Shown in pieces: positions 22,254 to 32,667 of a stretch of 64,000 nucleotides of DNA; position 1 is the stretch's first letter, and every line of letters starts with the position of its first letter. The notes under the pieces were generated by a model. That model worked only from the letters and a program-made list of their open reading frames with translations, was not told where the DNA came from and made no database searches. This DNA is from Cloacimonetes bacterium UBA5210 (lineage in GTDB: Bacteria; Cloacimonadota; Cloacimonadia; Cloacimonadales; Cloacimonadaceae), in assembly GCA_002412625.1 (NCBI GenBank), contig DHVK01000012.1, positions 30,145-94,144 on the forward strand. The letters run 5' to 3'. The translations under genes were made by a program, and so were the position numbers.

Positions 22254-22628
22254 TTATTTTTGGGATCTCAGAAAGGCTTGTATCTCTTCTGAAAACTTAT
22301 CCGGATCAATCGGTTTTTCGATGTATCCGCTTGCGCCGCATGCCATAGCCAGTTCTCTGTGACCAACCATTGCATAAGAAGACACCGCTACAATCGGGAT
22401 TTCTGCCAGCTCCGGAGTGGCGCGTAATCTTCGCATTACCGTATATCCGTCCATGCCCGGCAGCTGAATGTCTAATAATATAATATCCGGAATATTGTAA
22501 AGCGCCATTTCAATTCCTAACCATCCGCTATCCGCACCCATTACCCGAAAGTCCTCACGTTCCAGAAGATATTGCATCAGAAAGTAATTGTCGCGGTTGT
22601 CTTCTATGATGAGGACGGTTTTTTGCAT
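22254..22628 (-). CDS. Single-domain response regulator (REC)
   Basis: 124 aa. VLIIEDN, DIILLDIQLPGMDG and the conserved K region (GYIEKP). Confidence 0.92.
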   Translation of the reverse strand: MQKTVLIIEDNRDNYFLMQYLLEREDFRVMGADSGWLGIEMALYNIPDIILLDIQLPGMDGYTVMRRLRATPELAEIPIVAVSSYAMVGHRELAMACGASGYIEKPIDPDKFSEEIQAFLRSQK

Positions 22629-24337
22629 GATAGCTCCTCGCCTCTCAGGGGCAGGATGATGGTGAAGTTACTGCCTATTCCCACTTCACTGGTCACCGAT
22701 ATCTCGCCTCCCATTTTCCCGATGATTTTCTGGCTGATGAACAACCCCAGCCCGCTCCCTTCGTATTTGCGATCCATCCCCATCTCCACCTGCATAAAGG
22801 GTTGGAACAATTTATCCAGCATGTCTGCGGGAATCCCGATACCGGTATCCTCGATGCTCAGATGAAGCAAACCCTCATGCTCGAAAGAACTCAGACATAC
22901 ATGGCCGGTTAAAGTGAACTTTACCGCATTGCCTAAAAGATTGAAGAGAACCTGATCAAGTCTGCGGCCGTCCGTGTGGATCGTCCGTGGGCTTTCGCCT
23001 GCTTTGAGGATCAATTCGATGCCCTTTTCCTGGGCCTGAGCACCCATCGTGCTAATGACCTTTTCCAGCAGAGGTGCCAGCTCCAGCTCGGTATAGTGTA
23101 ATTCCAGCTCTCCGGCTTCGATCTTGGAAATATCCAACACATCATTGATCAGGGAAAGCAGGTGCCGGCCACTGGTTTGCACGATCTTCAGCATCTTGAG
23201 CTGTTCCGGATTGAGCGCTCCGGGCATCTCTTTCAGCAAGATTCCCGTGAACCCGATCACCGAATTCAGCGGTGTGCGCAGTTCATGAGACATAGTCGCC
23301 AGGAACGCGGATTTCAGCATGTCTGCCACTTGCGCTTTGTGCATGGCCAGAGCCAGCTCTTCGGTGCGTTCCTCAATGCGTTGTTCCATTTCCAGATTTG
23401 CCTGCATCAGTTCTGCCGTACGCTTGCGAACCTGATGTTTGAAGAGCACTGCTCCCACCATGGACAGCACCAGCGTAACCAGCAGGATGCTCCCGCCCCA
23501 AATGATCCACAGCGGGATGCGGTACTCCTGGGCCTCGCTGGAATGTTTCCTGAGGATTTTGTAATACACGGTATCCGGTCTTCGCTTAAGCTGGATGATA
23601 TGCTGATCAATTGTGTCCAATATCTCTGCATTCCTTCCTTTGGGAGCAGCAAAAAACAATGATGCCGGCTCAAACAGGATACCTGTTTCCTCCAGATTAT
23701 ATCTTAGGGCATTCATCCTGCCGAAATAGTTATTCGTCGCCGCGACATCTGCTTTGTGGTCTTGCACCAGTGCCAAAACATCCTCAAACGTATCTGCCGT
23801 CACCAAGCTTGAGTTCATGCCAAACCCGGTGATCATATCACTCAGCACATTTGCTTGAATGGAATTGTGCAACACTGCCAAGCGTAGGCCGTCCAGATCT
23901 TCAAACGATTTGATCGCATTTCCCTTGCGGGCATAAAGCTGTGTCCAGCTAAACAACACCGGGCTTTGGTGAAAATCCAGGAGCTTGGCCCGCTCGGAAC
24001 TATACGCCACATCCGGCACAAGATCCAGCTCGCCTATTTGCAGAAGACGCAGGTTGTTGTCCCAGTTGTCTTTGTGATACTCGATTTCCCAGCCTTCGGC
24101 AGTTGCTATATGATTCAGGATGTCCACAAAGATGCCGGCGGCTTCACCGTGTTCGTCCCAATATGTCTTGGGTGGATTTTGTGTAAGCCCGACCCTGAGA
24201 GTTCGACCATGTAGCTGAGACCCGAATGTGAGGAAAATCAGCAGAGCGAATAAGGCGCAAAAAGCACCTTGGGTGGTTTTTACGCCATCACCGGCACTCA
24301 TTATGGAGCGGCTATCATTTGCAATCAAATCTCGCAT
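22604..24337 (-). CDS. Sensor histidine kinase with periplasmic solute-binding (SBP_bac_3-like) domain
   Basis: The N-terminal TM is followed by an amino-acid-SBP-like domain and a second TM. H-box MSHELRTPLNSVIGF, then HATPase N/G boxes (LLGNAVKFT, DTGIGI, GSGLGL). Confidence 0.9.
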   Translation of the reverse strand: MRDLIANDSRSIMSAGDGVKTTQGAFCALFALLIFLTFGSQLHGRTLRVGLTQNPPKTYWDEHGEAAGIFVDILNHIATAEGWEIEYHKDNWDNNLRLLQIGELDLVPDVAYSSERAKLLDFHQSPVLFSWTQLYARKGNAIKSFEDLDGLRLAVLHNSIQANVLSDMITGFGMNSSLVTADTFEDVLALVQDHKADVAATNNYFGRMNALRYNLEETGILFEPASLFFAAPKGRNAEILDTIDQHIIQLKRRPDTVYYKILRKHSSEAQEYRIPLWIIWGGSILLVTLVLSMVGAVLFKHQVRKRTAELMQANLEMEQRIEERTEELALAMHKAQVADMLKSAFLATMSHELRTPLNSVIGFTGILLKEMPGALNPEQLKMLKIVQTSGRHLLSLINDVLDISKIEAGELELHYTELELAPLLEKVISTMGAQAQEKGIELILKAGESPRTIHTDGRRLDQVLFNLLGNAVKFTLTGHVCLSSFEHEGLLHLSIEDTGIGIPADMLDKLFQPFMQVEMGMDRKYEGSGLGLFISQKIIGKMGGEISVTSEVGIGSNFTIILPLRGEELSCKKPSSS

Positions 24338-24512
24338 AACATTCCCTTAACACCTCAGCATCGTTATCAATTTTGGCCCGTGCTGATTGCAAACCAAATA
24401 CCATGATAATCCATATTCATGCTTTTTGCAAGCATACTTTGTGTAGCTTGCCGCAGGTATCATGCTTTGCGAAATGCCTTGACCACCATCAATGGTGCCG
24501 GATTGTTGGCGC

Positions 24513-25868
24513 ATGAAAAAAATCCTCTTTGTTGCGCTCAATAGCAGTTGGAGCCAGTCCAACCTCGCTTTCTATTATCTTAGAGAAGTGATTCGCGATC
24601 TTGAATTCACCTCCACCATCGCGTCCTTTACGCTGAAAGAACCGCTGCATCAGGTGATGGAAGATATCTATGCACGGTGTCCGGATGTGATCTGCATGTC
24701 TGCATACATCTGGAACAAGATATACCTGCAGTCCTTGCAGCGGGAGCTAGCCAAAATTCTGCCTCAGGCCAGCTTCGTGATCGGCGGTCCGGAAGCTGCA
24801 GCGTTTTCGGATGCCGCTCGAGCCACTGTCATCATCGGCCCGGGGGAGGCAGCTTTTCGCGAACTGGCTGTGCAGGGTTTCCCGCCCCGAGCAGACCTTG
24901 GCTCCATCGCGCAGCTAGCTCTGAAAGAACTTCCCTTTCCTTATCATCCGGAAGATTTGGCGTTTCTCGCCGATCATCTGATCTACTATGAATGTTATCG
25001 GGGCTGCCCATATTCCTGCGTCTATTGCCTTTCTTCCTGCGACAAACGGCACGAGCCGCGCTTCGATGTTTCCCGAATGCAGGATCGCGACAAGCTGCAC
25101 CGGGAGTTATCGGCTTTGGTCGCCCTTAAACCCCGCACGCTGAAGTTCATCGATCGCAGTTTCAATATCCAGAAGGATCTGGCGCACGAAATCTGGAACT
25201 TCGCCATAGAGCAAGATTTGGATTTTGATCTGCACTTTGAGATCTATCCGGATCTGGTGGAAGAGCGCGATATCGAGCTGCTGGCGCGGGCTCCGGAAGG
25301 CCGCATCCGCTTTGAAGTGGGCATTCAAAGCACAAACGACGCCGTGCTGAGGGCTTGCGGCAGAAATTCAGATTGGCAGAAATCCCGCGCTACACTGCTG
25401 GCACTCAAAGAACGCACAAATGTTCGCGTTCACGCGGACTTGTTGGTTGGTCTGCCCGGAGAAGATTTTGGCTCGATTACCCGTTCTCTTAATGAACTAT
25501 GTCTCTGCGAACCGGCGGCGATCCAACTGGGCATGCTGAAAATCCTGCCGGATACGCCGATGCGCGAAATTGCGCTGGAACGCGGATATCTGTGGATGGA
25601 TCTGCCCCCTTATCAGATTCTCTGTTCAGACACGCTTGATTTTGCCTGCTTGTGCCTGCTGGACGATTTTGCGCATCTCCTCAGCCTATATTGGAACAAG
25701 GAAGAGTACCCCCGGCAGTGGCATCAACTGTTGCAGAAGCATTCCGCGGACCATGTTTTGCAAAGCTTGCGGGAACTGCACAAAAAACATGAGCTGCCCC
25801 TGCACAGCGTTTCCCGCCAAAAACGGGAGATGATTATGCAAAGCTTGGTCGAGAAGCTTTTGGGCTAA
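24513..25868 (+). CDS. B12-binding-domain radical SAM protein (DUF4080-type C-terminus)
   Basis: CPYSCVYC (CxxxCxxC radical SAM cluster motif) follows an N-terminal B12-binding-like domain. The likely start is MKKILFVALNS at 24513. Confidence 0.8.
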   Translation: MKKILFVALNSSWSQSNLAFYYLREVIRDLEFTSTIASFTLKEPLHQVMEDIYARCPDVICMSAYIWNKIYLQSLQRELAKILPQASFVIGGPEAAAFSDAARATVIIGPGEAAFRELAVQGFPPRADLGSIAQLALKELPFPYHPEDLAFLADHLIYYECYRGCPYSCVYCLSSCDKRHEPRFDVSRMQDRDKLHRELSALVALKPRTLKFIDRSFNIQKDLAHEIWNFAIEQDLDFDLHFEIYPDLVEERDIELLARAPEGRIRFEVGIQSTNDAVLRACGRNSDWQKSRATLLALKERTNVRVHADLLVGLPGEDFGSITRSLNELCLCEPAAIQLGMLKILPDTPMREIALERGYLWMDLPPYQILCSDTLDFACLCLLDDFAHLLSLYWNKEEYPRQWHQLLQKHSADHVLQSLRELHKKHELPLHSVSRQKREMIMQSLVEKLLG

Positions 25869-25917
25869 GCATATGCAGCGCAAGCTGCCCCGTTTCTTGC
25901 TCACCAAAGCCGGGATC

Positions 25918-26001
25918 AAGCTGATCTTGAGCCCTTATCAAGCGGTGAGTATGGGAGAATAACAGCTTCAGTTCAGCTTAATACAAGCCTGGTGAATCCG
26001 G
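25918..26001 (+). repeat. Dispersed structured intergenic repeat, copy D
   Basis: AAGCTGATCTTGAGCCCTTATCAAGCGGTGAGTATGGGAGAATAACAGCTTCAGTTCAGCTT..GGTGAATCCGG. Confidence 0.8.
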
Positions 26002-26157
26002 CAGCAAGGTGGTGAAGGATGGTGACCAGAGCTCAGAAAAGCAGGATTATGCACAGCTTATGGGCTTGAACTGCAAGATCTGCAAAGCTTTCTGCTTGAC
26101 AGATATCCGCCCTCGAAAAACCATGCCTTTCCATACAGTAATTTATAAGGAGATATG

Positions 26158-26472
26158 ATGTACGCCATCGTCGACATTAAAGGATTTCAGTTCAGGGCTG
26201 AAAAAAACGCAGTACTTCGCGTTCCCTTGCTGAATACGGCAGAGCCTGGTCAGATCGTTGAATTTGACCGCGTACTCTTGGTCCGCAAGGATGAAGAAGT
26301 ATTTGTTGGCACTCCCGTAATCGAAGGCGCCGCGATCGTAGCAGAAGTTATCGAACACGGTAAAGGTAAAAAGAAGATAATCTATCATCACAAACGCCGC
26401 AAAGGCTATAGAGTGAAAAAGGGTTATCGCGAGCAATTCACCGATATCAAAGTTACCGAGATTCGGGCTTAA
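26158..26472 (+). CDS. rplU: 50S ribosomal protein L21
   Basis: [15 protein letters not shown]... is a typical L21 N-terminus. AAGGAG at 26147-26152. The second ATG (26158) has the better spacing. Confidence 0.96.
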   Translation: MYAIVDIKGFQFRAEKNAVLRVPLLNTAEPGQIVEFDRVLLVRKDEEVFVGTPVIEGAAIVAEVIEHGKGKKKIIYHHKRRKGYRVKKGYREQFTDIKVTEIRA

Positions 26473-26486
26473 GGAAGGTTTGAGAT

Positions 26487-26747
26487 ATGGCACATAAGAA
26501 AGGTGTTGGAAGTAGTCGTAACGGTCGTGACAGCAATCCCAAGTATCGCGGAGTGAAAAAGCACGCGATGGAATTGGTGACCCCCGGCAATATCATTCTG
26601 CGCCAGAAAGGCACCAAGATTCACCCCGGAGCCAATGTCGGCATCGGGCGCGACTTCACCATTTTCAGCCTCATCGATGGTCACGTGAAATTCGTTACCA
26701 AGAAAGCAGGCAAGAAATTCGTAAGCGTTGAACCTATCAGCGAATAA
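26487..26747 (+). CDS. rpmA: 50S ribosomal protein L27
   Basis: [19 protein letters not shown]... is the canonical L27 N-terminus. The gene sits directly downstream of rplU. Confidence 0.97.
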   Translation: MAHKKGVGSSRNGRDSNPKYRGVKKHAMELVTPGNIILRQKGTKIHPGANVGIGRDFTIFSLIDGHVKFVTKKAGKKFVSVEPISE

Positions 26748-26773
26748 GTAATTTAGAAAAGTTAGAGATAATC

Positions 26774-26810
26774 AAACAGCAGAGTTTTTGGCTCTGCTGT
26801 TTGTTTTTTG
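26774..26810 (+). terminator. Rho-independent terminator after rplU-rpmA
   Basis: 11-bp stem AAACAGCAGAG (26774-26784) / CTCTGCTGTTT (26793-26803), followed by GTTTTTT. Confidence 0.85.
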
Positions 26811-26820
26811 GGGATAAAAC

Positions 26821-27579
26821 TTAGTGGATGTGGGTCGCGAGGATCGAAGCCATTTCGCCGCTATCGATCAAATCCTGCAAGGCCTTGCGCACAGCCTCGT
26901 TGTGCTTACCGTTGCGGGGCATGGCTATGGCATATTCTTCTACAGAGTTCAGCTTTAAGCCAATCGTCAGCGGGTATATCTTGGAAAAGCCGTAGGCAGC
27001 GCTGCTATCATTGACCACAAAATCGATCTTGCCATTTATTAAATCCTCTATTGCCTCTGTGTTGCTTACATAGAGGACTAACCTGTCCCGATGCATCAGG
27101 TCTTTATCGACAAGGTTCTCCATGATGTACTGGTGGGCGGTGCTGCTATGCAAGACACCGATCTTGAAGCGCCCCAGCTCTTCTTCGGACGCCGGCATAA
27201 CCGGGCTTTTATTCGAGCCGATCAGCACCTGATGAGCAAGGTAGTAGGGCCGGGTGAATTCTACCTTGCGGGAGCGTTCTTCGGTGATGGACATTGCAGA
27301 AATCACCAAATCCACCTTTTCGGAAAGCAAAGCATGGAGCAGGGTGTCAAACTCCATATTGATGATCTCGTAAGGTAGATCCAGCTTTTCAGCGATCTTG
27401 TGGCTTAAATCAACATCCACACCCACAAAGGCGCTGTCCACGATCGATCCGAAGGGAGGGAACTCTACATTCATCCCCACGCGGAGCACCTGCTTTTCTT
27501 TGGGACTGCAGGAGCTGAACAAAAGGATGATGGTCAGGATAGCGCATAAATGGACAAGCATGTACTTCATCGTCTTCAT
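26821..27579 (-). CDS. Amino-acid ABC transporter substrate-binding lipoprotein (SBP_bac_3 family)
   Basis: Signal/lipobox ...ILLFSSCS, then LRVGMNVEFPPFG and DLVISAMSITEER, typical of polar amino-acid SBPs. The start is chosen among ATGs at 27585/27579/27570. The track start at 27744 overlaps the upstream gene and is rejected. Confidence 0.8.
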   Translation of the reverse strand: MKTMKYMLVHLCAILTIILLFSSCSPKEKQVLRVGMNVEFPPFGSIVDSAFVGVDVDLSHKIAEKLDLPYEIINMEFDTLLHALLSEKVDLVISAMSITEERSRKVEFTRPYYLAHQVLIGSNKSPVMPASEEELGRFKIGVLHSSTAHQYIMENLVDKDLMHRDRLVLYVSNTEAIEDLINGKIDFVVNDSSAAYGFSKIYPLTIGLKLNSVEEYAIAMPRNGKHNEAVRKALQDLIDSGEMASILATHIH

Positions 27580-27641
27580 CTCCATGTTTCGGGTTATGAA
27601 ATGAAGATGCCCGATCCTGGGATCGGGCATCAAAGATTGGG

Positions 27642-28100
27642 TTAGGTTATCTTCTTTACTATCAGTTTGTTTCCGTCGATACCGACAACGCTTACGTGTT
27701 CTCCCGCGTCGATGGCTTGGTTGTCTTCCGAGACGGCCACCCACTCTTCTCCACCTACTTTCACGTGCCCTCTGGCGTCGGAGAGAATCGCGGTGGTCAC
27801 TTGGCCGTTCTTCCCTTTCAGGGCAAAGACGTTCGTTTCTTCACCGGGGTGTGCCAAGACTTTCTTGCCCAGTTTTCGCATGAAAAGAAAAGCGATGAAG
27901 CTGATCACGGAAAACAGTACTATCTGCAACAATACATTGCTCTGCATAAACGGGACGAGCGCGATCAGGCCTGTCGCTATGGCGCCGATGCCCAGAGACA
28001 CAAAGAAAAAAGCCGGATCAAAGATCTCGATGATGATAAAGATGATCCCCAGGATCATCCAAACGTGCCAGGCTAATAGTTCCATAACAAACTCCTGCAA
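27642..28100 (-). CDS. NfeD-family membrane protein
   Basis: Three or four N-terminal TM helices plus a C-terminal OB-like soluble domain (GHVKVGGEEWVAVSEDNQAIDAGEHVSVVGIDGNKLIV). Confidence 0.75.
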   Translation of the reverse strand: MQEFVMELLAWHVWMILGIIFIIIEIFDPAFFFVSLGIGAIATGLIALVPFMQSNVLLQIVLFSVISFIAFLFMRKLGKKVLAHPGEETNVFALKGKNGQVTTAILSDARGHVKVGGEEWVAVSEDNQAIDAGEHVSVVGIDGNKLIVKKIT

Positions 28101-28106
28101 AAGCTC

Positions 28107-29021
28107 TTATTTGTTTTCGTTGTTTTCTTCTTCCTCGTTGGTTGAAGCACCTTTGTCTTTGTAGATACGCTTAATTTTGCGCTTGCTGTTTCCGCCATAA
28201 CCGTAGCGGGAGGAAGATTTGGCGTAGTTCGAATAGCTGCCATAGCCGCCATAGTTGTAACTACCGCCCAAGCCACCGGCACTAAGCCCGCGAATACCTA
28301 ATGCGGAAAGGAAAAACATCAGCAGCTTGGTTCCGAAGTAAACCAGAACCATGCCCACGGCGAAGATTCCCAGCCAGAAGAGATACATAAAACTCAGGTT
28401 TTTTGCTGTTTCCAGCCAGCTGTTACTTTTTTGCCGGGGGACCAGAGTGAGGTAAAGCAATGTGTTCTCGCCTTCACGAAGCTTGTCCAGATTGTTGCGT
28501 GACTGGTGGATCAGGCCGTGGAGCACTTCTTTGCGGCGGTTTTGTTGGTCGGAGGGGTAGCGAACTTTGTCCAGATCGGTTAGTTCGCTTTCGTAGCTTG
28601 CCAGGCGAGCAGTTTCAGTATCGTAATCAAGGTTGACCAGGGAGGTGTCGATCTGCTCGGTCTGTGAGCCCACGGATCCAAAAGTTCTAAGCTCGGCAAT
28701 GATGTTCTCCAGTTCGTTCTGAGGGACGGTGAACAGATATGCGCCGGAGCTGCCTTCGTTTTGCTTGCGGATGCGCTGCTTGCCTTTTTCTTCCATGATC
28801 TTGTTGATGTTTTGCTGGGCTTTGGCGATGTTCTCCGAACTAAAGGAAACCTGCGCCTTGTTGATAAACTTCAGATCCCGAAACTCATTTGCACTGGGCT
28901 TGAAGTTGAATGTGGGCTTTTTGGTGCCTTGATTCTGAAACTGCACAATGGTAGCAGCCAGAGCCAAAAATACGATAAAGATTGCTATTCCACGTACTCT
29001 TCTTTTTGTCTTTTTGTCCAC
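28107..29021 (-). CDS. Membrane protein (DUF4349-like) with Gly/Tyr/Ser-rich and acidic C-terminal tail
   Basis: N-terminal TM, coiled-coil middle, C-terminal TM pair, then GGLGGSYNYGGYGSYSNYAKSSSRYGYGGNS...EEEENNENK. Confidence 0.5.
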   Translation of the reverse strand: MDKKTKRRVRGIAIFIVFLALAATIVQFQNQGTKKPTFNFKPSANEFRDLKFINKAQVSFSSENIAKAQQNINKIMEEKGKQRIRKQNEGSSGAYLFTVPQNELENIIAELRTFGSVGSQTEQIDTSLVNLDYDTETARLASYESELTDLDKVRYPSDQQNRRKEVLHGLIHQSRNNLDKLREGENTLLYLTLVPRQKSNSWLETAKNLSFMYLFWLGIFAVGMVLVYFGTKLLMFFLSALGIRGLSAGGLGGSYNYGGYGSYSNYAKSSSRYGYGGNSKRKIKRIYKDKGASTNEEEENNENK

Positions 29022-29033
29022 TTCGTTCCTCTT

Positions 29034-30722
29034 CTATTTCTTATTTATAAGTTCTTCCGCATGCTTCAATGCGGTCTGAGACAAGTTTCCGGAAAGCATT
29101 CGGGCAATCTCCGGGACTCGTTCTGCCGCGTTTAGAACACGCAGGGTAACACTTGTCTTTTCCTTGGCACTCTTCTCCACCGCGATGTGGGTGTCTGCCA
29201 CTGCTGCGATCTGCGCCAAATGTGTGATGCACAATACAGGATGCTTCTTTGCGATTCCTGCGATGCACTCTGCAACCTTGTCCGCTGTTTTGCCGCCAAT
29301 ACCGCTGTCTATTTCATCCAAAATCAGCAATCTGGCGCTTTCCTTGCTTACCAAAACTTCCTTGATGCCCAGCAGGATCCGGCTCATTTCTCCACCACTG
29401 GCAACCGCCGAGAGACTCTTCAGAGAGCTTCCGGGATTCGCGGAGAACAGAAATTCAACCATATCCGCTCCAGTCTCTGTTAAAGAAGACAAGGCATCGG
29501 ATTGAATGTTTTCAGTTTTACGATTCTTGTCAATCCTAATCTCAAAGCGGGCGTCTTTCATGGCTAGCTTACGTATGCTATCCTGTAGTTCCACATTCAG
29601 TTTGATGGCTGCTTCACGGCGCATCTTGCTCAGGTCATTTGCGTTCTCGATCAGGGTCAAACAATCTCTTTCCAGCCGGTTACGCGTTTCCAGAATGGCG
29701 CTGTCGAAATCGTGTGCCGCCATAATCTCCAGTTCACGCTGGGCAAAAAGCTGTTGCAAGTCATCCACAGATTTTACCTTGTGTTTGTGCAAAAGTGAAT
29801 TGATCAGGTTCAAGCGTTCCTCGATCACTAATAGCCTGCCGGGGTCTGCATTCAGGCTGTCCATGATCGTGGAGAGCTCAAATGATGTGGAGCGCAAGGC
29901 CTCCAGCGCTTCGGTGAGGGATTGGGCAGCGTTTTCCAGAGCGGGGTTCAGCCCTTTGTATTGAGCCAGCATCGCGGAGAAGTGGCTAAGCTGATCAAAG
30001 ATGCTGCTCTCGCTTTCAAACATGGCTTGGTGCATGCTTTGGGATAGATCCAGGATGTCCCTGGAGTGCGACAACAGATCAAACTCTTTTTGCAGTGCCT
30101 GGTCCTCGCCGGCTTTGATGCTGGCGCTGTCCAGTTCCGCGTGTTGATAGCGGTAGAGTTCGATCAGGTGCTTCTGCTCTTCCCGGCGGCGCTGCATATC
30201 TTCCAGTTCGGTCTTCAGGCGTTTCAGCTCGCGCCAGGCCACACGGAAGTCCTCTCTTTGCTTCAGGCAACCGGCATAACGGTCCAGAACTTCCAGCTGG
30301 TAGCCGGGGCTGAGGATCTTCTGTTGATCACGCTGGTGATGGAAATCCAAGAGCAAGGGCTTGAGTGTCTTCATCACAGAAGCACTCACCTTTCTACCGC
30401 CAATGTAATAGGTGGATTTGCCGCTTTTGGAGATCTCTCGCGCCAATAGCAGTTCGTCGTCTTTTTCGTTGTTGATTTCCTGAAGTTGCAGGCAAAGCTC
30501 ATCGTCTCCACCCGGATTGAAGCTGGCTTCCAGATAGATCGGGCGCTCCTTGTCCCAAGCTTCCAGGCCGGCGGGGCTATCCCCAAAGATGATGCCGATT
30601 GAGCCTACCAGGATGGATTTCCCGGCACCGGTTTCGCCGGTTAAAACGGTCAAGCCGGGGCTGAACGGCAAGCGCAGCTCGGGCACCAGAATGTAGTTCT
30701 TGATATAGATTTCGCTAAGCAT
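29034..30722 (-). CDS. recN: DNA repair protein RecN
   Basis: Walker A GETGAGKSILV at the N-terminus, a long coiled coil, and C-terminal SGGEMSRILLG / LILDEIDSGIGG (SMC-like signature and Walker B). Confidence 0.96.
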   Translation of the reverse strand: MLSEIYIKNYILVPELRLPFSPGLTVLTGETGAGKSILVGSIGIIFGDSPAGLEAWDKERPIYLEASFNPGGDDELCLQLQEINNEKDDELLLAREISKSGKSTYYIGGRKVSASVMKTLKPLLLDFHHQRDQQKILSPGYQLEVLDRYAGCLKQREDFRVAWRELKRLKTELEDMQRRREEQKHLIELYRYQHAELDSASIKAGEDQALQKEFDLLSHSRDILDLSQSMHQAMFESESSIFDQLSHFSAMLAQYKGLNPALENAAQSLTEALEALRSTSFELSTIMDSLNADPGRLLVIEERLNLINSLLHKHKVKSVDDLQQLFAQRELEIMAAHDFDSAILETRNRLERDCLTLIENANDLSKMRREAAIKLNVELQDSIRKLAMKDARFEIRIDKNRKTENIQSDALSSLTETGADMVEFLFSANPGSSLKSLSAVASGGEMSRILLGIKEVLVSKESARLLILDEIDSGIGGKTADKVAECIAGIAKKHPVLCITHLAQIAAVADTHIAVEKSAKEKTSVTLRVLNAAERVPEIARMLSGNLSQTALKHAEELINKK

Positions 30723-31606
30723 TATTTACCCAGATGCATCTTGTTACGCAGGATGCGGTAGAAAGTACGCTTGGAGAGCTTGATGAACTGCACTTCCCGG
30801 GGGGACGCGGTGATGTGGATCTCATCCTGATCCAGCACCGGGCAGATATTACAGCCGTCGATCTGCAGCCAAGCCGGTTGAGAGAGCTTGTAGATCTTCA
30901 TGCAGAGCTTTTCATCGGAAGGAAACACCATGGGGCGGATAGTGAGCAGATGCGGGTTGAGCGGGCTTAGCACCATGGCCTTCATTTGCGGGGCCAGGAT
31001 CGGACCTCCCGCGGAGAGCGAATAGGCCGTGGAACCGGTCGGCGTGCAGACCACCATGCCGTCGCAACGAGCGTCAAACACATAGCGTCCCCGGGCAAAG
31101 ATGCGGGCATTGATGAGTCCCGGGTTTTCGCCTTTATAGACTACCGCGTCGTTGAGCGCTTCAGTTTGCAGAAGCACCCGGCCCTCCCGCTTGAGAGTGC
31201 AGATGATCAGCATGCGGGACAGGATTTGATACTTGCCTGCCACCAGGTCCCGGATGGAAGCGCTGATCTCCGGCAAAGTGCTTTCCGAAAGAAAGCCCAG
31301 ATAGCCCAGATTGATCCCCAGGATCGGAGCATTGGCCTTTAGAGCCAGCTCCTTGGCTTTCAGGATGGTGCCATCCCCGCCAAAGACCAAGATGCAATCG
31401 ATGGGTGGCACGACATTGCCATTGTCGAAATCCACCACCTGCACCGGGTCTCGCAGGATCTCTTTTTGGGTACTCTCGCCATAGAAGAGCAGTTCCTTGC
31501 CGCCGTTGCTCTGCGCTTTATCCTCGTCCTTCAGTCTGTAAAGCAGGCTGAAGATGCTGTCTTTATCCGCAAAGCCGGGGTTGATGAAAACCGCAAAGTT
31601 TCTCAT
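30722..31606 (-). CDS. nadK: NAD kinase
   Basis: GGDGTIL motif, NLGYLGFL, TPTGSTAYSLSAGGPI. The start is set at MRNFAVFINPG (31606), which overlaps the rsgA stop by 4 nt. Confidence 0.93.
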   Translation of the reverse strand: MRNFAVFINPGFADKDSIFSLLYRLKDEDKAQSNGGKELLFYGESTQKEILRDPVQVVDFDNGNVVPPIDCILVFGGDGTILKAKELALKANAPILGINLGYLGFLSESTLPEISASIRDLVAGKYQILSRMLIICTLKREGRVLLQTEALNDAVVYKGENPGLINARIFARGRYVFDARCDGMVVCTPTGSTAYSLSAGGPILAPQMKAMVLSPLNPHLLTIRPMVFPSDEKLCMKIYKLSQPAWLQIDGCNICPVLDQDEIHITASPREVQFIKLSKRTFYRILRNKMHLGK

Positions 31607-32667
31607 ATATTCTGCATCACCCACACATAGGATTCATAGCGCATGGGGTCCAGCTTGCCTTCTTCCATGGCAGCCAGCACCGCGCAGCCTTCTTCGTGAA
31701 TGTGTTTACAATCCCGATAGCGGCAATGGGGATAGAAGCGGTCAAAGCCCGGAAAGAGCTTCGGGATCAGCGGCGCGTCGTCCTGGTTCAATGTCAGGGT
31801 CTTGATCCCCGGAGTATCGATCAGGTATCCCCCAAAGCTGAAGGGCAGCATCACCGCCTGCGTGGTGGTATGCTTGCCTTTTTCGTTGAAGTCGCTCACT
31901 TCGGCGGTCAGCAGTTCCAAGCCCGGTTCCAGGAGGTTGATCAGCGAGCTTTTCCCCGCTCCTGAATGTCCGGAAAACACGGTATCCATGTCTTTCAGTT
32001 CATTTTTTAGTTCTTCGATTCCCTCTCCGCTCACGATGGAGCTAAGGATAATCGTGATCCCGGATTCCCGATAGTAGGCGATCTCACCCTCCAGCTCTTC
32101 AAAATCCTCACACAGGTCGATCTTATTGATCACCAGGATGGGGCGGATGTTGAACTTGGCAGAGAGGATCAGATAGCGATCCACCAAACCCGGTTTGAAC
32201 ATTGGCATGCGCCAGGAGCTGGTGATCACCAGTTGATCCACATTCGCCGCCAGGGCGATCTCCTTCTGGAAGCTTCCGGAGCTATAGCGGATCAGGCTGT
32301 TTTTGCGCGGCAGGATGTTCTCCACCCGATTGTCCGGTGCCGGGGAGACATCCACTTCCACATAATCTCCCACTGCCAGGATCGCGCTGCTTTGGTTTTT
32401 GAATTGTTTCAAACGCCCGCCGATGGAGGCGAAAATCACCTCGGAATCAAGCGCTATCCGGCATTGATAATTGCCCATCACTTCGATCACTCTGCCCTTT
32501 TTCAGGATAGCCCCGCTCTTGCGGGAAGCGTCGCGCTTGTGTGCCGAGCGCGCGGTCTTGAATCCGCTGTGCGCGGCAACATCGTCCAGCACGTCAAGAT
32601 CCGGCAGGCTGATGTTTTTCAGCCTGCCGGTATATCGTTTTGCGCGTTTCTTATCTTTTTGTTTCAC
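31603..32667 (-). CDS. rsgA: Ribosome small-subunit-dependent GTPase A
   Basis: Circularly permuted GTPase: NKIDL (G4) precedes GHSGAGKSSLIN (G1). C-terminal zinc motif CRYRDCKHIHEEGCAV. Confidence 0.95.
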   Translation of the reverse strand: MKQKDKKRAKRYTGRLKNISLPDLDVLDDVAAHSGFKTARSAHKRDASRKSGAILKKGRVIEVMGNYQCRIALDSEVIFASIGGRLKQFKNQSSAILAVGDYVEVDVSPAPDNRVENILPRKNSLIRYSSGSFQKEIALAANVDQLVITSSWRMPMFKPGLVDRYLILSAKFNIRPILVINKIDLCEDFEELEGEIAYYRESGITIILSSIVSGEGIEELKNELKDMDTVFSGHSGAGKSSLINLLEPGLELLTAEVSDFNEKGKHTTTQAVMLPFSFGGYLIDTPGIKTLTLNQDDAPLIPKLFPGFDRFYPHCRYRDCKHIHEEGCAVLAAMEEGKLDPMRYESYVWVMQNI

